44,812 bases of DNA, from assembly GCA_021793835.1 (NCBI GenBank), contig JAJYRZ010000001.1, positions 1 through 44,812 on the forward strand, in the 5' to 3' direction. Below are positions 8,676 through 20,161 of this stretch, piece by piece (the first letter of the stretch is position 1; every line of letters begins with the position of its first letter). The notes beneath the pieces are model-generated. The model was not told the DNA's origin and ran no database searches. It saw nothing but the letters and a program-made list of their open reading frames with translations. The DNA comes from Actinomycetes bacterium (GTDB taxonomy: Bacteria > Actinomycetota > Actinomycetes > Mycobacteriales > Mycobacteriaceae). Position numbers and translations under genes: made by a program.

Positions 8676-11186
8676 GTGGCCCTGTATCGGAAGTATCGAC
8701 CCGCGACCTTTGCCGAGGTAGTCGGGCAGGAGCACGTGACCGAGCCGTTGAGTCGAGCGTTGGACTCCGGCCGGATCAACCACGCCTACCTGTTCTCCGG
8801 TCCGCGAGGCTGTGGGAAGACCTCGTCGGCCCGCATCCTGGCGCGGTCCCTCAACTGCCTGCACGGCCCGACCGCGAGTCCGTGCGGGCAGTGCCCGTCG
8901 TGCATCGCCCTCGGCCCCGGCGGGGCGGGCAGTCTCGACGTCATCGAGCTGGACGCGGCCAGCCACGGCGGCGTCGACGACACCCGGGATCTACGGGACA
9001 AGGCCTTCTACGCGCCGGTGGAGTCCCGGTACCGGGTGTTCATCATCGATGAGGCCCACATGGTCAGCCCGGCCGGCTTCAACGCGCTGCTCAAGATCGT
9101 CGAGGAGCCGCCCGAGCACCTGATCTTCATCTTCGCCACGACCGAGCCGGAGAAGGTGCTGCCGACGATCCGGTCGCGCACCCACCACTATCCGTTCCGT
9201 CTGCTGCCGCCGCCGGTGATGCGTGGTCTGCTCGAGCGGATCTGTGCCGAAGAGCAGGTGCAGATCGAAGACGCGGTCTATCCGCTGGTGATCCGGGCCG
9301 GTGGCGGATCGCCACGAGACTCGCTGTCGGTGCTCGACCAGCTCCTGGCCGGTGCGGGGCCGGACGGCATCACCTACCAGCGGGCACTGATGCTGCTCGG
9401 TGCGACCGATATCGCGTTGATCGACGACGCGGTCGACGCGCTGGCCGCCGACGACGGCGCGGCGCTGTACGAGACCGTGCACCGGGTGATCGAGGCCGGT
9501 CACGATCCGCGCCGCTTCGCCGGGGACCTGCTGGATCGGATCCGTGACCTGATCCTCCTGCAGGCCGTTCCCGACGGTGGTGAACGCGGCCTGATCGACG
9601 CCCCGGCCGATGTGTTGGCCCGGATGCAGGACGAGGTGGACCGCATCGGTGCGGCCACGCTCACCCGCTACGCGGAGATCATCCACGACGGACTCGGTCA
9701 GATGCGTGGAGCGACGGCGCCGCGACTGCTGCTCGAGGTGATGTGCGCCCGGATGCTGCTGCCGGAGATCGGCCAGGACCAGGCGGCGCTCCTTCAGCGG
9801 CTGGAACGGTTGGAGAGCGGATCGGCGCCGGCCGGTGGGGCCCCCGCGGCCTCCGCGCCGCGCCCGTCCGCACCCGAGGAGACGGATACGGCTGCCGCAC
9901 CCGGGGGAGGGGGAGACGGCGGCGCGCCCCGGTTCGTCCGGCCCTCGCAGCGAGCACGTATCGAGGCGGAGCAGGCCCGCCAGGCGGAACAGGCGGATTC
10001 CGCTGCACAGCAGTCGGCCGCGCCCGCACCGGCTGCCGCTCCGGAACCGCCGGCACCGGCGGCGCAGCGCCCGGAGACCGAGGCACCGGCACAGGAGCAG
10101 CCCACCGACTCCACTCCGCCTCCCGCAGAGCGGGAGATGCCGGAGGCGAGTGCAGGCGCGGACTCGACGGCAGCCCCGTCGGAACCGGCGGAGCCTCAGC
10201 CCGCCGCGACCGCGACGCCGCCCACCCCGGCCGCTCCTGTCGAACGCGCAGCGCCTGTGGCGCCGGCGGAGGCTCCCTTACCGCCGGCCGCACCTACTGC
10301 CCCGACGGAGCGGGCGGATCAGGTCGCGCCGCCGACACAGACTCCGGAACCGGCCGACGAGCCGGATGCATCCGCACCGACGACACCTGCTCCCGCCGCA
10401 GCGGAAGCGGCGCCCCCGGCGCCCCCGGAACCGGTCGCGCCTGCCGCAGCGGAGGAGCCCGCGGTCGCGGGACCGGACGCGGTGGCCGTGCGGGCCGCCT
10501 GGTCCGAGGTGCGGGCCAGAGTCCGGGAGATCAGCCGCACCCTGGAGGTCATGCTCTCGGGCGCGACGGTGCGCCGGGCGGAGGACCACGTGCTCGGGCT
10601 CAGCCATCCTGCGGCGCCGCTGGCGGCCCGCCTCGGAGAAGAGCACCACAGCAGGGCCATCGCCGAGGCGATGGGCGCAGTGTTCGGAGGCACCTGGCGC
10701 GTGGTCATGGAATCCGATTCGGGGCCAGCGCCGGCCGGTGGGGCGCCCTCGGCCCCCGCTCCCGAGCGCAGTGAGCAACCACGTGCCCAGTTCGTCCGGC
10801 CCAGCCAGAGCGGTGGCGCGGCGCGCCCCGCAGACGGTGGGGGCCAGGGCCCGTCACACGGCCAGACGGCAGCACCGGCACAGCAGGACGGTGCGCCTCG
10901 CCAATGGGAGCGGCCGAGCGGAGGGCCGTTGGACACCGGCGGCGATTCGTCGGCGCCCTCGGACGATCCGGGGCTGCCACCGGAGCCGGACCCGTACGAC
11001 GACCCCTATGCCGATCAGTACCCGCCGCAGACGGCGGCCGCACCGGCGGATCAGACCGAAGACGAGATGATGGCCGAGGCCGCCGCCGGGCCGGGCACCC
11101 CGGACACGGCGGCACGCCGGGACCCGGAGGAGGTCGCGATCGAGCTGCTGGAGAGCGAGCTCGGCGCGCAGCGGATCGACGGCTGA
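8676..11186 (+). CDS. dnaX: DNA polymerase III subunit gamma/tau
   Basis: ALYRKYRP, GPRGCGKT, Zn-binding CxxCxxC, IIDEAH and TIRSR motifs, followed by a long Pro/Ala linker. Confidence 0.96.
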   Translation: MALYRKYRPATFAEVVGQEHVTEPLSRALDSGRINHAYLFSGPRGCGKTSSARILARSLNCLHGPTASPCGQCPSCIALGPGGAGSLDVIELDAASHGGVDDTRDLRDKAFYAPVESRYRVFIIDEAHMVSPAGFNALLKIVEEPPEHLIFIFATTEPEKVLPTIRSRTHHYPFRLLPPPVMRGLLERICAEEQVQIEDAVYPLVIRAGGGSPRDSLSVLDQLLAGAGPDGITYQRALMLLGATDIALIDDAVDALAADDGAALYETVHRVIEAGHDPRRFAGDLLDRIRDLILLQAVPDGGERGLIDAPADVLARMQDEVDRIGAATLTRYAEIIHDGLGQMRGATAPRLLLEVMCARMLLPEIGQDQAALLQRLERLESGSAPAGGAPAASAPRPSAPEETDTAAAPGGGGDGGAPRFVRPSQRARIEAEQARQAEQADSAAQQSAAPAPAAAPEPPAPAAQRPETEAPAQEQPTDSTPPPAEREMPEASAGADSTAAPSEPAEPQPAATATPPTPAAPVERAAPVAPAEAPLPPAAPTAPTERADQVAPPTQTPEPADEPDASAPTTPAPAAAEAAPPAPPEPVAPAAAEEPAVAGPDAVAVRAAWSEVRARVREISRTLEVMLSGATVRRAEDHVLGLSHPAAPLAARLGEEHHSRAIAEAMGAVFGGTWRVVMESDSGPAPAGGAPSAPAPERSEQPRAQFVRPSQSGGAARPADGGGQGPSHGQTAAPAQQDGAPRQWERPSGGPLDTGGDSSAPSDDPGLPPEPDPYDDPYADQYPPQTAAAPADQTEDEMMAEAAAGPGTPDTAARRDPEEVAIELLESELGAQRIDG

Positions 11187-11271
11187 GCCGGTCGACCACC
11201 GAGACGATCGGCGCCGCGGCGGACGGGCCTCGGCCTGAGCCGGGCCCGATACCGCGGCGGCGCCGTCCGGG

Positions 11272-12579
11272 TCAGCTCCAGTCCCACCAGGGCTGCAGTG
11301 GAAGGCCAGTCGAACCGTCGGCCAACGGCTTGACCGCGAGCACCTGATGCAGCTGCACCACGTTGGTCTCGAACCCGAGCCGTGAACCGGCCATGTACAG
11401 GCCCCACAGCCGGGCGGTGCCCTCACCGACCTCGCCCACGCAGAAGTCCCAGTTGTCGACCAGGTTGCGGCACCAGTCGCGCAGGGTCAGCGCATAGTGC
11501 TCGCGCAGGTTCTCCTCGTGCCGGACGTCGAAGCCGGTGTCCTGCATGACCGAGATGATGGTGCCCGAACCGGTCAGCTCACCGTCCGGGAAGACGTACC
11601 GGTCGATGAACGCGCCGGCCTTGACCCCGGTGTTGTTCTCCGGGCGGGTGATGCAGTGGTTGAGCAGGAGCCCGCCCGGTGCCAGCTTGTCGAACAGGGC
11701 CCGGAAGTACGGGGGATAGTTGCGCACGCCGATGTGCTCGGTGATGCCGATCGAGGAGATCCGGTCGAAGCCGGTCTCGGGTACGTCGCGGTAGTCCATG
11801 AACCGCACCTCGGCCAGATCCGACAGTCCCTCGCGGGCGATGGCCTCGTTGGCCCAGGCCGCCTGCTCGCGCGACAGCGTCACCCCGAGGGCCTTCACCC
11901 CGCGGCGTGCGGCGAACCGCACCATCCCGCCCCAGCCGCAGCCGACGTCGAGCAGCCGCATGCCCGGCTCGAGCCGCAGCTTGTCGAAGACCAGGCGGTA
12001 CTTGTCCTCCTGGGCCTGCTCCAGGGTGTCGTCCGCCGACCGGTAGGTGGCGCAGGTGTAGGTCATCGACGGGCCGAGCACCTTCTCGTAGAAGGCGTTG
12101 GACACGTCGTAGTGGTGGCTGATCGCCTCGGCGTCGCGGCTGCGCGAATGACGCAGCCCCTCGGCCACCCGGCGCCAGCGCGGCAGGGTCTCCTGCGGGG
12201 GCGGCGGCAGGATCCGCAGCCGGTCCCGGCCCAGCGACCTGGCGATGGCGGCCACGTCCTTGAGCGGCGGGCGGCGCATCTCGATCTGCGTGGACAGGAG
12301 CTTGAAGACCTCGTAGGGGTCTCCCGGATGGGCGCCGACCAGGTCGAGATCGCCGCTGACGTAGGCCCGCGCCATGCCCAGATCGCCGGGTGCGGTGGCG
12401 ATGTAGTTGGCGCCGCGCGGGGTACGCAGCGTCAACCCGAACTCGGCGTCCTCCGGCCCCGTGGCACTGCCGTCGTAGGCGGTGAAACGCAGAGGCAGGG
12501 CATCGGTGGAGACCATCTCCAGCATGCGGGCCAGCGACAGCGTGTCGGCGCCGGAGGCGTGGTCGTCGGTGGTGTTCAT
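11272..12579 (-). CDS. cfa: SAM-dependent fatty-acyl methyltransferase (Cfa/TmsB/BfaB type; 10-methyl fatty acid synthesis)
   Basis: ISHHYDVSN, SMTYTCA, LLDVGCGWG, YVFPDGEL and HYALTL motifs. Paired with an FAD oxidoreductase as in Rv3719-Rv3720. Confidence 0.88.
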   Translation of the reverse strand: MNTTDDHASGADTLSLARMLEMVSTDALPLRFTAYDGSATGPEDAEFGLTLRTPRGANYIATAPGDLGMARAYVSGDLDLVGAHPGDPYEVFKLLSTQIEMRRPPLKDVAAIARSLGRDRLRILPPPPQETLPRWRRVAEGLRHSRSRDAEAISHHYDVSNAFYEKVLGPSMTYTCATYRSADDTLEQAQEDKYRLVFDKLRLEPGMRLLDVGCGWGGMVRFAARRGVKALGVTLSREQAAWANEAIAREGLSDLAEVRFMDYRDVPETGFDRISSIGITEHIGVRNYPPYFRALFDKLAPGGLLLNHCITRPENNTGVKAGAFIDRYVFPDGELTGSGTIISVMQDTGFDVRHEENLREHYALTLRDWCRNLVDNWDFCVGEVGEGTARLWGLYMAGSRLGFETNVVQLHQVLAVKPLADGSTGLPLQPWWDWS

Positions 12580-12599
12580 GGGGGCTCCCTTGAACGAGG

Positions 12600-14105
12600 T
12601 CACTTCTCTTTAACCGCCTTTTCGTAGAGTCCGAGCAGTCGAGCATCCGGGTCGTACCGGCGCTTGATCCGGTCGTAATCGTCACCGCCGTACATGGCGG
12701 CGAAGTCTTCGGGGGAGTAGAAGGACTCCGAGTACAGCGACTTGTGTCCGTCGAGCGCGGCCACCTCGGCCTCGATGCGGCGGTTCATCGCCCCGACCGG
12801 CTCACCCGGCACGATCGGGACCGAGGACCAGAAGCCGATGTTGACGTAGGAGCGGTCCGACTCGAGCGGATAGAGCGTCCACGGGTGCAGGGCCGGGCCG
12901 GTCTGGTCCTTACGCGCCTCGACCGAGGGGCCGGTCTCGCGCAGTCGCAGCGGGCACAGCCACACCGGTTCGATGCCGGTCGTGGGCAGGAACCAGGCCA
13001 CGAACTCCGCGGTGCGCTCGATGGGCACCTCGATGTCCTGGACCACCCGCTCCCGCGGCGGCAGCCCCTTGCGGGCCTCGAGCCGATCGCCGATGTCGTA
13101 CTTCTTGTCCAGACCGATCAGCTTCCAGTAGAAGCTCGACCGCAGCCAGCGCTTCGGCCAGAAGCGGCGGATGCGCGGATTCTGCGTACCGAAGGCCCGC
13201 GAGCACCAGAACCAGTCGGTGTCCCAGCGCCACAGGTAGTCGCGGATCGTCAGCAGATCCTCCTTCGGCGTCTGCGCCTCCGGATGCTGGATCGACCGGT
13301 AGTAGATGTGCTGATCGGTGTAGTCGGACACCGGGCCCGCCTCGGCGGTCTGCTCGCCGAGCACGATGTACGACTCGGTCTCGGTGAACACCACCGCGTC
13401 GACGTAGTCCACCCGGACCCCGTCGTAGACCCGATCGACGGTGATCTCGGCGAGGGTGTCCTGCAGCGCGGTCAGATCGGTGAACCGGACGTGGCGGAGC
13501 CGGACGTAGGGCTCGACGGGCTCGAGTTCGATGCGCAGACGGGTCGCGTAGCCGAGCGTGCCGTAGGAGTTCGGGAAGGCCCGGAACAGCTCTGCGGTCT
13601 CCGGGTCGTCCAGGCGCGCGGTGACGATCTCCCCGGTGGGCACCAGAACGTCCATCTCCAGCACGGATTCATGCGGCAACCCGTTGCGGAAGGACGTCGA
13701 TTCGATGCCCAGACCGGTGACCGCGCCGCCGAGCGTGATCGTCTTGAGTTGCGGGACGACCATCGGCGCCAGGCCGAAGGGCAGCGTCGCGTCGACCAGA
13801 TCCTCATAGGTGCACATGCCCTGCACATCGGCGGTGCGGCCCTGCGGATCGACCGAGATGACCCCCGACAGGCCGGAGACGTCCAGGCCGGGGGCGTCGG
13901 TGGCGGCGCGGGAACGGAACAGGTTCGAGGTCTTCTTGGCCAGCCGCACCGGGGCGCCGGCCGGGATGGCCCGGAAGCTCTCGAGCAGCCGCTCGACGCC
14001 GACCTCGTGGTTGCGGACCCCGACCAGCGTGGCCGGCGGCGGCACCTGGTCGCGGCCGGGTCGGCCGCCGATCACAGGCAGCGGAAGATCACGGAAAAAC
14101 TGCAC
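12600..14105 (-). CDS. FAD-binding oxidoreductase (TmsA/BfaA/Rv3719 type)
   Basis: RLAKKTSNLFR, VVPQLKTITLGGAVTG, PNSYGTLGY and GHKSLYS motifs. Exact start uncertain. Confidence 0.88.
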   Translation of the reverse strand: MQFFRDLPLPVIGGRPGRDQVPPPATLVGVRNHEVGVERLLESFRAIPAGAPVRLAKKTSNLFRSRAATDAPGLDVSGLSGVISVDPQGRTADVQGMCTYEDLVDATLPFGLAPMVVPQLKTITLGGAVTGLGIESTSFRNGLPHESVLEMDVLVPTGEIVTARLDDPETAELFRAFPNSYGTLGYATRLRIELEPVEPYVRLRHVRFTDLTALQDTLAEITVDRVYDGVRVDYVDAVVFTETESYIVLGEQTAEAGPVSDYTDQHIYYRSIQHPEAQTPKEDLLTIRDYLWRWDTDWFWCSRAFGTQNPRIRRFWPKRWLRSSFYWKLIGLDKKYDIGDRLEARKGLPPRERVVQDIEVPIERTAEFVAWFLPTTGIEPVWLCPLRLRETGPSVEARKDQTGPALHPWTLYPLESDRSYVNIGFWSSVPIVPGEPVGAMNRRIEAEVAALDGHKSLYSESFYSPEDFAAMYGGDDYDRIKRRYDPDARLLGLYEKAVKEK

Positions 14106-14138
14106 GGCGATCGTGCACCTCCCATCGTCGAGACGAGT

Positions 14139-15047
14139 CTAGTCGGGCGTGGAGTCGCCTGATTCGGCGCCGACCGGATCCTGGGACTCCGCGTCCGGGG
14201 CGGGCTCGGCCGCGGCCGCGGGTTCGGCGGTCAGGACCGCCACGACACCGTCGCGCAGCGCGCGGGCGTAGCCGGAACGGACCGTGGGGTCGGGCAGCAG
14301 CGCGCCCTCGATGGTGTTGGCAGGATTGGCCAGCTGCACGAGCACGGTGGGCACCCCGGCCAGGTTCAGTTCGGCGGCCTCCGCGGTGGCCAGCACGCCG
14401 TCCTGCCCGGTGTAGGACGACGGGGTCAGCTGCCGGTCGGCCAGTGCGTCCCGGATCGCCCAGGCCGCGTCCACATCGGCGGCGTCGTCGGCGGGCGGAT
14501 CGGCGTGGGCGACGTGGAAGCCGAAGCCGGCCTCCGGGCCGGCGTCGGCGTGCAGCACCACGGCCAGGTCGGCGCCGGACTCGGCCGCCGCCTCGGCCCG
14601 GCCGTGCAGGCACGGTCCCGCGTGTGGATCCTCACGGGAGAGCACGACCGTCGCGCCGAGCTCGCGCAGGTGTCCGGCCAGGATGCGGGCGGTCTCGTAG
14701 ACGAACTCGTCCTCGCCGTAACCGGCCTCGGTGGCCGAGGCGTCGACCGCACACGGCACGGTCCCGCCGTGGCCGTCGGGCACCTCGACCTCGGATTCCA
14801 GGCCGTCCGGCGCGCCGTGCGCCGGATCGAGGAAGACGGTCTTGCCCACCAGCGGCCGCTCGGCGGTGGGCACCTCCTCCGCCGGCTCCTCGGCGGCCGA
14901 CGGGTCGACCTGTTCCTCGGTGGCCGACGCCGACGGCGGGTCGTCTCCGGTGGGGATGGTGCAGGCGCCGAGCAACAGGGCCAGCGCTGCGAGACCGGCG
15001 GCGGCCGGGCGACGATCCCGGCCGAGGGCAGAACGCAGGATGGGCAT
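14139..15047 (-). CDS. N-acetylmuramoyl-L-alanine amidase (Amidase_3, Rv3717/Ami1-like) lipoprotein, possibly inactive
   Basis: Lipobox LGAC, FLDPAHG, LSRE, LHADA, and a Cys pair. VLVQLAN stands where VLVELGN is expected. Confidence 0.85.
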   Translation of the reverse strand: MPILRSALGRDRRPAAAGLAALALLLGACTIPTGDDPPSASATEEQVDPSAAEEPAEEVPTAERPLVGKTVFLDPAHGAPDGLESEVEVPDGHGGTVPCAVDASATEAGYGEDEFVYETARILAGHLRELGATVVLSREDPHAGPCLHGRAEAAAESGADLAVVLHADAGPEAGFGFHVAHADPPADDAADVDAAWAIRDALADRQLTPSSYTGQDGVLATAEAAELNLAGVPTVLVQLANPANTIEGALLPDPTVRSGYARALRDGVVAVLTAEPAAAAEPAPDAESQDPVGAESGDSTPD

Positions 15048-15135
15048 CCGCTCAGCCTAACGGTCGGGCGACTACGCTGGGCGGGGTCCGGTCGCCACGT
15101 GGCGACCGGCGGACGCGACGAGAGGAATCCCCGCG

Positions 15136-15474
15136 ATGCAGCCCGGTGGTCAGCCCGACATGGGCCAGTTGATGGCGCAGGCCCAGCAGATGCAGCAGCA
15201 GATCATGGCCGCACAGGTCGAGCTCGAGCAGGCACAGGTCACCGGCCAGGCCGGCGGCGGGCTCGTGCGGGCGACCGTGCGCGGCTCGGGTGAGCTGATG
15301 GCCCTGGAGATCGATCCGAAGGTGGTCGACCCGGAGGACGTGGAGACCCTGCAGGACCTGGTGGTCGGGGCGGTGCAGGACGCGGCGGCGGCCGCGCAGA
15401 AGATGGCCTCCGAACGGCTCGGGCCCCTGGCCGGCGGTCTCGGCGGCGGCGGGCTCGGCCTGCCCGGCTTCTGA
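15136..15474 (+). CDS. ybaB: YbaB/EbfC nucleoid-associated protein
   Basis: [15 protein letters not shown] and [15 protein letters not shown] motifs, directly upstream of recR. Confidence 0.92.
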   Translation: MQPGGQPDMGQLMAQAQQMQQQIMAAQVELEQAQVTGQAGGGLVRATVRGSGELMALEIDPKVVDPEDVETLQDLVVGAVQDAAAAAQKMASERLGPLAGGLGGGGLGLPGF

Positions 15475-15490
15475 GTCCGGCGGGTAAGGG

Positions 15491-16099
15491 ATGTACGAAG
15501 GTCCGGTCCAAGACCTGATCGACGAACTGGGTCGGCTGCCCGGCATCGGGCCCAAGAGCGCCCAGCGGATCGCCTTCCATCTGCTGACGGTGGAGCCGGC
15601 CGACATCGATCGGCTCACCTCGGCGCTGGGGCGGGTGCGTGACGGCGTCACCTACTGCGAGGAATGCGGCACGGTCTCCGATGCCGATCGGTGCCGGATC
15701 TGCAGTGATCCCCGCCGCGACCGCACGCGCATCTGCGTGGTCGAAGAACCCAAGGACGTGCCGGCCGTCGAGCGCACCCGCGAGTACAAGGGGCTCTACC
15801 ACGTGCTCGGCGGGGCGCTGAACCCGATCGCCGGCGTCGGCCCGGACCATCTGCGCATCCGGGAGCTGCTCGCCCGCATCGGCGGCGGATCCGAAGACGA
15901 GGAGGTCGCCGAGGTCATCATCGCGACCGACCCGAACACCGAGGGGGAGGCCACGGCGACCTATCTGGTGCGCATGCTGCGCGACTTCCCCGGGCTGGCG
16001 GTCTCGCGGCTGGCCTCCGGCCTGCCCATGGGCTCGGATATCGAGTACGCGGACGAGATGACCCTGGGCCGCGCACTGTCGGGGCGACGCACGCTCTGA
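15491..16099 (+). CDS. recR: Recombination mediator RecR
   Basis: [12 protein letters not shown]4 zinc finger and Toprim [12 protein letters not shown]. Confidence 0.97.
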   Translation: MYEGPVQDLIDELGRLPGIGPKSAQRIAFHLLTVEPADIDRLTSALGRVRDGVTYCEECGTVSDADRCRICSDPRRDRTRICVVEEPKDVPAVERTREYKGLYHVLGGALNPIAGVGPDHLRIRELLARIGGGSEDEEVAEVIIATDPNTEGEATATYLVRMLRDFPGLAVSRLASGLPMGSDIEYADEMTLGRALSGRRTL

Positions 16100-16117
16100 C
16101 GTCCTGCCCGGGGCGGC

Positions 16118-16852
16118 TCAGGCGCGCAGACGCTCGGTGCGCAGCCGCTGCACCGACGGCATCGGCAGCGGCTGCAGATCGGCGGCACGCACCCCGAGCG
16201 CCGCGGCCAGGACCAGATCGGCCAGCTCCGGGTTGCGTGCGAGCACCGGGCCCTGCAGCCCGGTCGCCACGATCGGGCCCTGCACGGCCCCCTCGCCCCC
16301 GTGGTCGGCCGCGTCGCGGCGCGGGTCGTTGCCGACCCCGCGGGTGACCCGGCCCAGCGGGCGGGCTGCGCCGCCGAGGGTGATCACACCGGTGCGGTTG
16401 GCGAAGCCGGACAGCGGCGCGCGCAGCCCCGTGGCCGGGGCGGGGTCGACGACCGTCTCCCCGGTGCCGCGTTCGGCGGTGTAGACGGTGTCCAGATCCA
16501 GCAGTCCCGGGCCGTCGGCGGTGCGACCCTCGGCGGTGGTCAACCGGTGACCGAGCACCGAGATCCCGCCGCCCGCGGCCAGAACGGGGATCCCGCGCTC
16601 GACCGCGCGGGCCAGCCCGGGGTCGCGGCGCAGATGTTCCGCGGCGGGCAGCTGCGCCCGATCCTCGGCGCCGCCGAGCAGGTACAGGTCCAGAGATTCG
16701 GGCACCGCGGTGTCCAGGCCCGCTTCGACGAGCTCGACCGTGTGGCCGCGGGCGCGCAGGCGGTGGGCGAGCACGAGGACGTTGCCGCGGTCCCCGCCGA
16801 CGGCGAGGAGTTCGGGCAGCAGCACCCCGATGCGCAGTGCGGAGGAGGTCAT
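16118..16852 (-). CDS. gatD: GatD/CobQ-like type-1 glutamine amidotransferase homolog lacking catalytic residues
   Basis: GDRGN, LGGAED and GPVLARNPELAD scaffold. ATGA overlap with murT. Catalytic Cys and His are absent. Confidence 0.85.
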   Translation of the reverse strand: MTSSALRIGVLLPELLAVGGDRGNVLVLAHRLRARGHTVELVEAGLDTAVPESLDLYLLGGAEDRAQLPAAEHLRRDPGLARAVERGIPVLAAGGGISVLGHRLTTAEGRTADGPGLLDLDTVYTAERGTGETVVDPAPATGLRAPLSGFANRTGVITLGGAARPLGRVTRGVGNDPRRDAADHGGEGAVQGPIVATGLQGPVLARNPELADLVLAAALGVRAADLQPLPMPSVQRLRTERLRA

Positions 16853-18141
16853 CGGGCGTCCTTCCCGCCGCGTGCGGTCTCTGCGTCCACCGCACGCATC
16901 AGATCGGTCATGGCCGTGTAGTTGGCGAGCACCTCGACCGGGCCGGGCGGGCAGGCGTCGATCGCGGCCAGGGCGTCGGGGGCCTCGCGGTAGACGACGC
17001 CGGCGTAGTCCAGGCGCACCGCCAGATCGGCGGCGCGCTCACCGGTGACGGTCACCGTGCGGCCGGCGAACCGTTCGAACGGCACGTCCCACAGCCAGGA
17101 CAGGTCGTATCCGTCGCCCATCCGGGCGTTGACGGTGATCACGACGGCGGCGTCCGGGTCGGCCATGGCCAGCGACTCGCGCCAGCCGGCCGGGTTCTTC
17201 GCCAGCAGGGTGCGGGCCAGGTGCCCGCCGCGCTCGATGGTCCGGTAGCGGCCGGAGACCTCGCTGATCGACTCGGCGGCCCGGGCCGCGGTCTCCACGT
17301 CGACACCCAGCAGTGCGGCCGCCGCGATCGACTGGGCCGCATTGCCGAGATTGACCTCACCGGGCAGGGCCAGATCCAGGGTCCGGACCGCGCCGTCGGG
17401 GGCGTGCAGGTCGGCGCCGTCGAGCCGCCAGGTCGGTGTGGGACGGGCCAGGTCGCAGGAGGTGCAGCGCCAGTCCAGCGGGGCCTCCGCGCCGCCGCGG
17501 GCGAGGGCGCCGCCGCAGCGCGGGCAGGACTCGATGTCGGCGGATCCGGGGCGGCCCACCGACACCCACACGGTGGCGGGGTTGTCCCGGGCGATCGAGG
17601 TGATGAGCACGTCGTCGCAGTTGGCGACGGGCACGCAGTCCGGGTGTCGGGCCAGTCCGGCGCGCAGGCGGGCCTCGATGCCGGCGACCGAACCGACCCG
17701 GTCGGCCTGGTCGCTGGACAGGTTGAGCAGCACCGCCGCGGAGGGCCGCACGGCGTCGGCCACGTGCGGGACGTGCAGTTCATCGACCTCCAGGCAGGCC
17801 CGCGGGGCGGTCGGCGCCGCGGCCAGCGCCGCGACCAGACCGGCGTCCATGTTCGCCCCGTCGGCGTTGGTGGCCAGGGGGCCGAGGCAGTCCAGGGCGG
17901 CGGCGAGCATCCGGTTGGTGGTCGACTTGCCGTTGGTGCCGGTGATCAGCACCGTGCTGCGCCCGGCGGCGAGCTGGGACATCAGGTCGGGGGCGACCTT
18001 CAGGGCGACGAGCCCGCCGATCATCGAGCCGCCGCCCCGACCGGTGCGCCGCGAGGCCCAGGTCGCGGCCGCGGCCAGGCGCAGGGCCAGGCGGCCGCGG
18101 GCGGTGATGCGGCGCGCGGGCGCCGGGGCGGGGGAGGACAT
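16849..18141 (-). CDS. murT: MurT ligase (lipid II isoglutaminyl synthase subunit)
   Basis: GTNGKSTT, GANM, EVDE, CPRC..CTSC, LAKNPAG, DGYDLSWLWD and ANYTA motifs. Confidence 0.9.
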   Translation of the reverse strand: MSSPAPAPARRITARGRLALRLAAAATWASRRTGRGGGSMIGGLVALKVAPDLMSQLAAGRSTVLITGTNGKSTTNRMLAAALDCLGPLATNADGANMDAGLVAALAAAPTAPRACLEVDELHVPHVADAVRPSAAVLLNLSSDQADRVGSVAGIEARLRAGLARHPDCVPVANCDDVLITSIARDNPATVWVSVGRPGSADIESCPRCGGALARGGAEAPLDWRCTSCDLARPTPTWRLDGADLHAPDGAVRTLDLALPGEVNLGNAAQSIAAAALLGVDVETAARAAESISEVSGRYRTIERGGHLARTLLAKNPAGWRESLAMADPDAAVVITVNARMGDGYDLSWLWDVPFERFAGRTVTVTGERAADLAVRLDYAGVVYREAPDALAAIDACPPGPVEVLANYTAMTDLMRAVDAETARGGKDAR

Positions 18142-18209
18142 GGGGGAAGTCTGGCACACGGGCCGACCCGCCTGGAGCAGACGTGTCGGCCCGTGTGACG
18201 ACGGTCGGA

Positions 18210-20161
<1,952 letters not shown>

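Noticed and set aside
8676-11186. Programmed -1 frameshift producing DnaX gamma
   Set aside because: No A-AAA-AAG or poly-A/T slippery run was seen.
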